From contig JAHFFT010000009.1 of the NCBI GenBank assembly GCA_023247795.1, forward strand, positions 578-64,577: DNA of 64,000 nucleotides, written 5' to 3'. The notes beneath the pieces are model-generated. The model searched no databases, was not told the DNA's origin, and saw only the letters and a program-made list of their open reading frames with translations. This DNA is from Candidatus Omnitrophota bacterium. Its GTDB lineage: Bacteria; Omnitrophota; Gorgyraeia; Zapsychrales; JANLHA01. Both the position numbers and the translations under genes were made by a program. Shown one piece after another: positions 1-8,900 of this stretch (positions within the stretch are counted from its first letter, which is position 1; the number at the start of each line of letters is the position of its first letter).

Positions 1-1300
1 ATCTTAAAATGGATTCATGAAAACAAAAAAATCATTTTCAGAGATCTACAGTTTTCCAGGATTCCGGGCTCAAGCGAAATTCAAGAAAGGCATTTTGGGC
101 GATCCTAAAGCCAGAGTTGTTGAACTTGTCAGGCGTCAAAAAAAACGATTTGTTCAACCTGCGAAAAATCTTCCAGAAGTTATTATGATCAACGCGCCCA
201 CCGGGTCAGAGATCTCGCCAGTGGAGACATGCGGATTTATCTGGAGTTTGATTACCGTAGAGTTAACTGCAAACATTGCCAGGCCGTGAGACAAGAATTT
301 ATCCCCTGGTTATCCAACAGCAAGCGGGTCACCCAACGCTTTGCTCGTGAGATTGGCCGAATGTGTCGTGAGGTATCTGTAGCCCGAGTTGCCGCCATGC
401 ATAATCTCACCTGGGGGCAAGTCAGGCGACTGGAAATGATTTATATGAAAGAGCTTGTTGAAAAACATCCGCCATTAAAACGATTAAGGGTGATCGGCAT
501 TGATGAAGTCTCAATCAAGAAAGGTCATCGTTACGCCATTGTTGTGGCAGACATGGATCAACAACGTCCGATCTGGATGAGCACGACACTTGGTCGAGAC
601 AAGGAGCAGATGGACGAATTTTACAAAGAACTTGACGGAAAACAACGTAATAACATTAAGCTTGCCGTTATGGACATGTGGAAACCGTTTCGCAATTCCT
701 TGCGCGACCATGCTCCGCAGGCAGAAATCATTTATGATAAATTTCATGTTCTTGGACATCTTAATACCGCGATCGATCTGCTCAGACGACAAGAATATAA
801 ACGTGCAAGTGAAAAAGATCGAAAATTTATTAAAGGACAACGCTATACATTGCTGAGCAGAGAAGCCAACTTAAACTTGAAAGGCCGTGAATCACTGAAT
901 ATTCTTCTCAAAGCAAACAAACGGTTGAACAAAGCGTATATCCTGAAAGAATCCTTTGCCCAGCTTTGGGATTATGATGACCCAGTGAAAGCCCGTCAGT
1001 TTTTTGATAACTGGAAATCCCAATTACGCTGGAGCCGATTAAAGCCGTATCATGATTTTGTTGATCTGATCGAGCGTCATTGGCACGGTGTTGTCAGTTA
1101 CTGCCATCCTGATCACAAAGTCTCGCTAGGATTCATGGAAGGTCTTATTAACAAGATCCGTGTTATTCAAAGACGCTCTTTTGGAATTCAAAACCTTGGG
1201 TACTTAAAACTCAAGATCATTACATCATTTATCAAAGATCAGCCCCTGTGATTTACCCACAGGAAACGTTGTAGACCCATTTTTCTAACTTGTATGGTTT
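1..1300 (+). mobile_element. Partial ISL3-family insertion sequence. The left terminal inverted repeat is cut by the window start and the right end is not precisely defined.
   Basis: The encoded protein has the ISL3 transposase architecture (N-terminal CxxC...CxxC zinc finger, IGIDE motif, DDE region). Only 16 nt lie upstream of the first start codon, so the left end cannot be seen. Confidence 0.6.
17..1251 (+). pseudogene. ISL3-family transposase, frameshifted and split into ORFs 17..289 and 229..1251
   Basis: Translating upstream from 229 in that frame gives TICSTCEKSSRSYYDQRAHRVRDLASGDMRIYLEF back to a TGA at 121-123. ORF 17..289 carries the N-terminus in a different frame. The two frames can be joined by a 1-nt indel in the A8 run at 138-145. 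The joined protein would be ~420 aa, typical for ISL3. Confidence 0.7.
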
Positions 1301-1488
1301 GCTTTGGGAAAAAATATTAACAAAATTTGAAGGAAAAGATGTAAAAATCGAAGGCACGTTAGTTACTTTAAGACCTAAGCCCACAAATAATAATGAGGTT
1401 GGGGCTTGGGAATGCCGAAGCTTATTTATTGACTCCATATCTTTAAATAGAAAATAATTGAGCCCCCTAAAGTAGCAATAAGGACAGA

Positions 1489-1815
1489 ATGGTTATAAAA
1501 AATATTAATTCAGAAAAATTGCATGATATCGTTATTTTTCAACCTAAAGGCACCAAAATTGCTTTAGAGGTAAAATTAAAAGACGAAACTGTTTGGCCAA
1601 CCCAGGGCCAAATGTCTGAACTGTTTCTCACAGAGCGCAGTGTTATCACGAAACATATTCATAATATATTTGAAACAAAGGAATTAGGACAAAAAAGCAA
1701 TGTGCAAAAAATGCACATTCCTAATTCGGATAAACCTGTAAATCTTTGGAGTGGCCCGAATCTTTTATTAACAAGACTTAACCAAAGAGAATACGATGAG
1801 CAAAAACATTATTAA
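1489..1815 (+). pseudogene. RhuM-family (virulence or Fic-associated) protein, N-terminal fragment only
   Basis: The N-terminus (DETVWPTQGQMSELFLTERSVITKHIHNIFETKEL) matches the conserved RhuM N-terminal region. The ORF stops at 108 aa and overlaps the ridA start; full-length RhuM proteins are ~330 aa. Confidence 0.55.
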
Positions 1816-2176
1816 AACAGACAAAGCGTGTTTGCCGGTGGGACCATACAATCAGGCTGTATCAATCGGAAATCTGGTGTATACCGCCGGGCAAATCCCA
1901 TTGGACAAGCAGGGCAACATGGTGCCTGGAGGCATCAAAGAACAAACGGAACAGGTGATTGCGAATCTCAAAGCAGTGCTTGAGGCCGCCGGCTCATCAC
2001 TGGAGAAAGCGGTCAAGGCCACGGTATTTTTAAAAGACCTCAATGATTTTGTTGGGATGAATGAAGTTTACGCCAAATATTTCAGTGCCGCCACAGCGCC
2101 AGCACGTACAACAATCCAAGTGGCCCGCATCCCTAAAGATTCCCTCGTTGAAATCGAGATCGTAGCAGGTATTTAA
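1796..2176 (+). CDS. ridA: RidA/YjgF/TdcF-family reactive-intermediate deaminase
   Basis: 126 aa with typical RidA length and motifs (PVGPYNQAV, ARTTIQVARIP). Confidence 0.85.
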   Translation: MSKNIIKTDKACLPVGPYNQAVSIGNLVYTAGQIPLDKQGNMVPGGIKEQTEQVIANLKAVLEAAGSSLEKAVKATVFLKDLNDFVGMNEVYAKYFSAATAPARTTIQVARIPKDSLVEIEIVAGI

Positions 2177-2363
2177 AATAAACCAAAGCAGCCGTCCATT
2201 AGTGCTTGATAAATTTATAAAGAACTTTGGGACGAAATAAAGTTGCGTTATTTAATCGCTTACGTCGTAGAAGGCATCATTTCATTTATGATTCTGAAAA
2301 TCATGTGGATATTGAAGAAGCTCGATCCGCTTTAGAAACAGCAAAAAAATTGATTGGTAAGAC

Positions 2364-2397
2364 CAGATATCACTGGCTGTGAAGCCAGTGATATCTG
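2364..2397. repeat. Perfect 14-bp-stem hairpin with a 6-nt loop: cagatatcactggc-tgtgaa-gccagtgatatctg
   Basis: Read directly: the right arm is the exact reverse complement of the left arm. It sits in a non-coding stretch between ridA and the two-gene module. Confidence 0.8.
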
Positions 2398-2454
2398 ATT
2401 ACCTAACAAACAGATGATTTCCTATAAATGTTGGTTAACCGCTTTAAGTACAGA

Positions 2455-2507
2455 CTTGACAAAGGTTACCCAACAAGTTATATTTTAACGTATCTTGTTA
2501 GGTAACC
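2455..2507 (+). promoter_or_regulatory. Sigma70-like promoter (TTGACA-N17/18-TATATT) overlapped by an inverted-repeat operator-like site
   Basis: ttgaca is at 2455-2460 and tatatt at ~2479-2484. ggttacccaacaag (2464-2477) and cttgttaggtaacc (2494-2507) are inverted repeats with one mismatch. A third half-site-like ttacctaacaa sits at ~2399-2410. Confidence 0.55.
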
Positions 2508-2524
2508 TTAACCTGGGGAAGAAT

Positions 2525-2845
2525 ATGAACGGTGTCATAAAAGGGGTCCTAACCGAAGAGTTGAACAACTCCCTGAGAATGAAAAAGGAATATGAGGCCG
2601 CTTTAAAAAAGTTGCCAGCAGGGTGCATCGTTAAGAAAAAAATTAAAAATAATGAGTACTGTTATCTTGTCAAAAGAATGGGGGATAAACTCAAACATAT
2701 CTACAAAGGAAAATTGCCGGATGATGAGCTTAAAAAATATGAAGAAGCCAAAAAACTGAGAGCCAAATACCGGAACCTGTTGTCCCAATTAAAAAAGCAG
2801 ATTAAATTCCTCAAAGGGGCTTTGCGTGGAAAAGAAGCAATATGA
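2525..2845 (+). CDS. Hypothetical small basic, coiled-coil-rich protein. First gene of the two-gene module and putative antitoxin or regulator partner.
   Basis: ATG at 2525 is preceded by a ggggaag Shine-Dalgarno-like sequence. 106 aa, K/E-rich and predicted helical, with an RMGDKLKH (Rx6H) motif. Its stop overlaps the next gene by 20 nt. Confidence 0.5.
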   Translation: MNGVIKGVLTEELNNSLRMKKEYEAALKKLPAGCIVKKKIKNNEYCYLVKRMGDKLKHIYKGKLPDDELKKYEEAKKLRAKYRNLLSQLKKQIKFLKGALRGKEAI

Positions 2846-3359
2846 TCTTTGTCTGGAAGTCCTGCGGCGTTTTCACGAACACAAGTTATTATCCGAATTT
2901 ATCCTGATCGGTAGCTGGTGTATTGTCTTTTACGAAAAATATTTCTCTAGCCCGGATTACATCCGCCACATTTCGCTCATCACCCGTGACATTGACTTTC
3001 TGATAGACAGACCTCAGTGCGTCAAAGCAGAAGTGGACATTCCTGAATTGCTTAAAGACCTTGGTTTTATCGCCACTTTTATAGGACCGGAAGGATACAT
3101 GAAACTGGATCATCCCCGGTTGATCCTTGAATTCCTGACCCCCGAAAGAGGACGAGGAAGAGATGCTCCTCATCCTTTACCATCACTTCATGTCAACGCG
3201 ACAGCTTTAAGATTTCTTAATTTTTTATCTGAGAACACAATCAAGGTAAAGGTCAAAAATTTTACAATACAGTTGCCTCATCCAGCCAATTGCTATAAGG
3301 TAAAACATATGTTTTCTAGAAAAGCCGATGAACGTATACGACATTTTGGGGTATTTTGA
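2826..3359 (+). CDS. Nucleotidyltransferase-fold protein (GS...DxD, resembling AbiEii/DUF1814 or MNT family). Putative toxin or effector of a toxin-antitoxin/abortive-infection-like pair.
   Basis: LIGSWCIVFY...RHISLITRDIDFLIDRP carries hG[GS] and DxD ~25 aa apart, the pol-beta NTase signature. GTG start at 2826 is preceded by aggggc and overlaps the upstream gene. Confidence 0.5.
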   Translation: MEKKQYDLCLEVLRRFHEHKLLSEFILIGSWCIVFYEKYFSSPDYIRHISLITRDIDFLIDRPQCVKAEVDIPELLKDLGFIATFIGPEGYMKLDHPRLILEFLTPERGRGRDAPHPLPSLHVNATALRFLNFLSENTIKVKVKNFTIQLPHPANCYKVKHMFSRKADERIRHFGVF

Positions 3360-3404
3360 ACCGTAGGTTAGGCAAAACACACACGCTAAAATTCTTATAA
3401 TCAT

Positions 3405-4742
3405 ATGATTAACAATGAGATAACAAAAAAGAAGGTTTTTGTCGAGACCTACGGCTGCCAGATGAATGAGTATGACTCTGAACTGGTGAAGGCGATTCTT
3501 GAAAAGAAAGAATATGCCTTTGTCAAAGACGAGAGGGAAGCTGATGTGGTCATGCTTAACACCTGCGCCATTAGGGAAAATGCTCATCGCAAAATTTATG
3601 GCCGTGTTCATCAAATCCGCCACGAACGTAGCGGCAAACCAGTCATGATCGGTCTTTTGGGATGCATGGCCACGAATCTGCGCCAAAATCTTTTAAACGA
3701 TCGACAATTAAAAATCGACTTTATCGCCGGGCCTGACAGTTACAAGCGCCTACCAGATCTCATTTCCCATGCTCAGGAAACGGGTGAAAAGACCTTTGAT
3801 CTGACACTGTCGGAATTTGAAACTTACTCTGATATTTTTCCCAAAAGGGAAGGAATGATCAACGCCTGGATCGCGGTCATGCGAGGGTGTAATAATTTCT
3901 GTACGTTTTGTGTTGTGCCATATACACGAGGAAGAGAACGCAGTCGAACCGTTGCCAACGTCGTTGCGGAATCTCAGCAGATCGCCAATCAAGGGGCCAA
4001 ACAGATCACGTTGCTAGGCCAAAACGTCAATTCTTATCACTGCGATGGGCAGGATTTTGCCGATCTTATCAACGCTGTTAGTGAAATCGAGGGGATCGAG
4101 AGGATCCGTTTCACGTCCCCGCACCCCAAAGATTTTCCAGAAAAGTTGTTAAAGACCATCGCCCAAAACAAAAAGGTCTGCAAACACATTCACCTGCCGT
4201 TGCAGGCGGGCAGCAACCGGATTTTGGATTTGATGAATCGCACCTATACCCGTGAAGAATTTCTCGACTTAGTTAACAAAATCAGAGATCTCATTTCTAA
4301 TGTGGCACTCACAACCGATATCATCATCGGTTTCCCAACCGAGACCGATGCTGAATTTGACGAAACAGTTGATATGATGGAAAAAGTGCGCTTCGATTCG
4401 GCATTCATTTTCAAATATTCTGAACGGGAAGGGACCATCGCCCAACGCAAATACCCTGATGATATCCATGATGCCATCAAGACCGAACGCATCGTCAAAC
4501 TCAACGAAATACAAAAGGGAATTGCCCATCAAAAAAACCTCGCTCATATCGGCGAGACGCTTGAGCTTTTAATGGAAAGAGACGCGACAGCTGATGATCC
4601 TTTCTCAAAAGGCCGCACTGATAGCAATAAGCTAGTCCACGTTCAAGGAAGTTTCCCGGTCGGATCATTCGTCAAGGCCACGATCACCGCAGCTTCACCC
4701 CAAAATCTCCGAGGGGCCGCCCTGAATAAACTCTTGATTTAG
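3405..4742 (+). CDS. miaB: tRNA-i6A37 methylthiotransferase MiaB (radical SAM)
   Basis: VETYGCQMNEYDSE N-terminal MTTase domain, then the CNNFCTFCVVP radical-SAM motif and a TRAM-like C-terminus. Confidence 0.9.
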   Translation: MINNEITKKKVFVETYGCQMNEYDSELVKAILEKKEYAFVKDEREADVVMLNTCAIRENAHRKIYGRVHQIRHERSGKPVMIGLLGCMATNLRQNLLNDRQLKIDFIAGPDSYKRLPDLISHAQETGEKTFDLTLSEFETYSDIFPKREGMINAWIAVMRGCNNFCTFCVVPYTRGRERSRTVANVVAESQQIANQGAKQITLLGQNVNSYHCDGQDFADLINAVSEIEGIERIRFTSPHPKDFPEKLLKTIAQNKKVCKHIHLPLQAGSNRILDLMNRTYTREEFLDLVNKIRDLISNVALTTDIIIGFPTETDAEFDETVDMMEKVRFDSAFIFKYSEREGTIAQRKYPDDIHDAIKTERIVKLNEIQKGIAHQKNLAHIGETLELLMERDATADDPFSKGRTDSNKLVHVQGSFPVGSFVKATITAASPQNLRGAALNKLLI

Positions 4743-4783
4743 CGAGAAAATTACGTTATATTCACCGAAAAGGATAGATCTAA

Positions 4784-5815
4784 ATGCTAACCACAGAACA
4801 CCTTACCGCCGAGCAACTCTATGCGACTTTGAAAAATATCAAAGTCGGAGGGACGGTCTGTCATTATTCACTCAAAAAATGTGCAGAATTTGTCCCCATC
4901 ATCAATGAAATCAATGAGTTGAAGCAGGAACAAAACGCGGTCATCTTAGCGCATTCATATGTCTCACCGGAGATCGTCTATGGGGTCGCGGATTTTGTTG
5001 GTGATTCTTATCAATTGAGCAAAGACGCCATGAGCACTGACGCGCAAAAAATCATCTTTGCCGCTGTCCGTTTTATGGGGGAGACTGCTCAAATCTTGAA
5101 TCCGGAAAAAGAAGTCTTGATTCCCGGACTGCTCGACGGCTGCACGCTGGCCGATTCGATCAATTCCGAGGAAGTAAAGAAATTAAGAGCACAGTTTCCG
5201 AACCATACTTTTGTCTGTTACATCAATACCACCGCCGAAGTCAAGGCCGAGTGTGATGTCTGTGTCACATCCGCCAACGTTTATGATATCGTACAAAAAA
5301 TCCCGAGTGACAAAATTTATTTTCTACCCGACAAATTGATGGGGAAAAACCTTGTTGAAGAAATGAAACGCCGGTCGGTGAAAAAGGACATCCAATACCA
5401 TCAAGGCACCTGTTATGTGCACGAAGAATACGAACCTTCGCAGATATACGAAATCCGCATGGAGCACCCGCAGGTAAAAGTGGTCAGCCACCCGGAATGC
5501 CGGCCAGAGGTCTGCGAGGCCAGCGATTTTGTTGGCAGCACTTCGCAAATGCTTGACTATATGCTTAAAACCGATGCTAAAGATTTTCTCATGTTGACCG
5601 AATGCGGCCTATCAGCACGCCTGCAGGTAGAGTTCCCAGATAAAAGGTTAGTCGGCTCCTGCACCTTGTGCCGCTACATGAAATCCAATTCTTTGATTGA
5701 TATCCTGCGGGTCCTTAAAGACCCTTCTGACCGCGACCGCGTTTTCCTTTCCGAAGAGACTCGCCTCAAAGCACACAAGTGCATCGAGGCGATGTTTCAC
5801 TACACACAGGGCTAA
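4784..5815 (+). CDS. nadA: Quinolinate synthase NadA
   Basis: 343 aa with the NadA triple-repeat architecture and conserved Cys residues. Confidence 0.85.
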   Translation: MLTTEHLTAEQLYATLKNIKVGGTVCHYSLKKCAEFVPIINEINELKQEQNAVILAHSYVSPEIVYGVADFVGDSYQLSKDAMSTDAQKIIFAAVRFMGETAQILNPEKEVLIPGLLDGCTLADSINSEEVKKLRAQFPNHTFVCYINTTAEVKAECDVCVTSANVYDIVQKIPSDKIYFLPDKLMGKNLVEEMKRRSVKKDIQYHQGTCYVHEEYEPSQIYEIRMEHPQVKVVSHPECRPEVCEASDFVGSTSQMLDYMLKTDAKDFLMLTECGLSARLQVEFPDKRLVGSCTLCRYMKSNSLIDILRVLKDPSDRDRVFLSEETRLKAHKCIEAMFHYTQG

Positions 5816-5947
5816 TTTAGCCTCTCATAAATACTCTAAATTCCTTACAAATAAACACTTACTCCATATTATACAAGGGTTTGTATTTGTCCTATCATGC
5901 ATGTTAAACTTTAATACACTTTACTAATACTAATAACGATTTCACTC

Positions 5948-8900
5948 ATGAACTTTTCTCGAAACAAATCCTATTTTTTATTTAAACCATTGGCGTACTT
6001 TGTCTTATGGTTTTTTCTTTTAAACAACCTCATGCCAATCCCCTTGGCTAACGCTCAGGAAATCTTTTCTCTGCCCAAACCAAACGTGATGCTGGGGCTA
6101 TCGAGTCCTTTTACTCCCGTTATTCTTAAAGGACTTAAGGTCAACACCCATAACCCTTTCGAATTTGACTTCATCATTGACTCGGGCAGCAATAAACTAC
6201 AAGTTAACGCGGTCGGGGATCAAAACGAACATATCCAACAACAACTCAAACCGGAATCAGAGAAACTCATCAAATATTTTTTGGCGTCCTTAACCATCCC
6301 CGAGGATGACCTTTGGGTCAACTTATCGGTGTATGAAAGTGGTAAAATCGTGCCTGCTCAATTAGGCCAAACTGAAATGGGTCGCGATTTGTTGGCCCAA
6401 GATTATCTGCTCAAACAACTGAGTTCATCTTTGCTATACCCAGAAAATGAAATTGGAAAAAAATTCTGGGAACGCGTTTATCAAAAAGTTTATGAAAAAT
6501 TCGGGCGCACCGATGTGCCCATCAATACGTTTAATAAAATTTGGATCGTTCCAGAGAAAGCCGTTGTGTACGAAAATGGCGCAAACGCCTTTGTTGTTGA
6601 AAGCTCGCTGAAAGTTATGCTTGAGGAAGATTATCTGGCAAAGCAAGAAGAAGGAAAGAGCAACCCGATCGCAAAAATTCAACAAGACGATACTTCAACC
6701 CTTTCATCGCAAATTGTTCGTGACGTCATGATCCCAGCGATTGAGCAGGAAGTTAATGAAGGAGCGTTATTTTCTCAACTGAGACAAATCTACAGCGCGC
6801 TCATCCTGGCGACCTGGTACAAAAAGGCCTTAAAAGAAAGTTTGATCAGCCAAATTTACGTTGACCAGAAAAAAGTAAAAGGAGTTGAAACAAACGACCC
6901 CGGCGTCATTAACAAAATCTACGATCAATACGTGCAGGCCTTCAAAGAAGGCGTCTACAATTTCATCAAAGAGGATTACGACCCCTATACTAAAGAAAAT
7001 ATCCCTAGAAAATATTTTTCCGGTGGTTTAACGCTCAAATTAAAAGATAAAGAACAGTACGTAACAACATTAGGCCATCAAAACAGCACTGACTTATTTA
7101 GCGTTCATGCCGGAACAAACGGCCTTGCTCCTTCAGGGGTTATTCCACTGAGTAATGATATTATTAGAGAAATGAAGTTAAAGCCTCTTGATGGTTCATT
7201 GGAATTGAACTCACAAAATTTCGGCTTAAATATAACTCCTAAAACAAACGATGTCTTCATGTTTACAAGTACCAAAAATGATGAAATAACCGAACTCGAA
7301 AACCATTGCCGCGAGTTTGTTGATCAGAATCTAGATCGAGTCCTAAAAAAATTTCATGTCCCAGGCAAATTGCAAACAAGAAGCAAAGTTCTTCTGATTC
7401 AAGAGATGGTCGATATTAAAATGACGGATGATCCTGACTTATCAGATGAATTGATTCTTGAGTATGTCATTGTTGAATTTGTTGAAAAGGACGTTGACTT
7501 TTTAAAAAATACTCGTGTACCTGATGATACGGAAATAAAAATCACAAATAAAGCACTAAAAATGTTGGAAGCAATTAACGAAAAATGGAAATTGCCTGAT
7601 GCTCCGACCGTCTCTATTGTTATGAGTTCCAATTTTAAGGATAAAGTCAATGGTAGGTATGTGGATCTTTTTCATACAATGGTGATTAAAGAAGATTTAT
7701 CAGAGGATGAAATGTTGGAGACCATCTTACATGAATGGCTGCATCATTTTTTTGAAGGCTTTGAAGCAAAATGGCTGGATGAAGGAACAATCGAATACCT
7801 TACGATTAAACTCTTAATTGAAAATAATGCCCTGCCGCAACAACCCAAGCAAATGCCGGAATGGTCGGATAAAATTGAAAAAATGGTTTTTGGCAAATTA
7901 TTTGAATTAGGCAAGATTGGTCCGGTGAGTCAATATATTGTCAGCCATTATTTGAACCAAGGAACCGTTTCTTATCCAATTTACACAATCATTGTAGAGT
8001 ATCTCGTGGAGCAGATACTCCCAAAATTGAATATGGACTTACCATCTTTCCTTTCTGATTTCAAATTTGGGAGAAAGACAAAAATATTTGAGCAGCTGAC
8101 AAGTAATTCAAGAAATAGTTTGTTTGAACTTATTGAGCAAGCTCAAAATAGTAAAAATTTTTATGATTGGCCAGAAAACATTCTTATTAGCACTGAGCAG
8201 AGAGCCCAAATGGAACAAATAATTGCGTCCATAGTGAAAACTCATCCTTGGGCTCTTAAAGCCCCGCATGTTGTTAAACATGTAACAGACGTATTGAATT
8301 TATTACTATTAACTCATCAAACAGTTATGTCTAGTGATGGAGTTTTACAAATTACTAGGGAACACTTCCAGAATTTGCTTGAGCTTCAAGAAAGAATGCG
8401 TGCCGCAAACCAAGCAGGGGATAAACAAACAAGGGCACAATTAGAAAACGAGTTGGCTCGGATGGAAAACGATTTTGATGATAAGTTAAATGAAATTGGG
8501 AGAGCTCCTATTGATTTATTAATGCTAGGGAAAGATGGTGAACCAGCGTCTGCCATGGAAAACCAGGGAGTCTCAGAAGAACCTTCTGATCAATTTAAAT
8601 CCAAACTCAAACATACAATTAGAAATCTTGACCCTGAAACCAAAATTTTCGAAACGGGAATGACAATCGGAGGCCTTAAGACCATATTCGGTATAGAAGA
8701 CGACCTGGAAATGGCTCATGTTGATGATTTTCGAATAAAAAATTTAAATCCAAAATACATTGATCTCGTCTCGTATCTTGGCGCCAAAGAGTTCAATAAT
8801 TCTTTGGAATCCATTCTAAAAATTATTTATATTTTAGAAAATTACCCTCATATTCTGTTAGAAGTAGGCGGGGGAACAACCAAAGTTGCCCATGCCCTAG

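Noticed and set aside
511-856. ORFs 511..840(-) and 590..856(+) inside the transposase gene
   Set aside because: They lie antisense or out of frame within a recognisable ISL3 transposase coding sequence. They have no Shine-Dalgarno sequence and are low-complexity, so they are taken as spurious.
3225-3686. 153-aa minus-strand ORF spanning the NTase-gene/miaB junction
   Set aside because: It overlaps two well-supported plus-strand genes and the miaB promoter, and has no domain signature.
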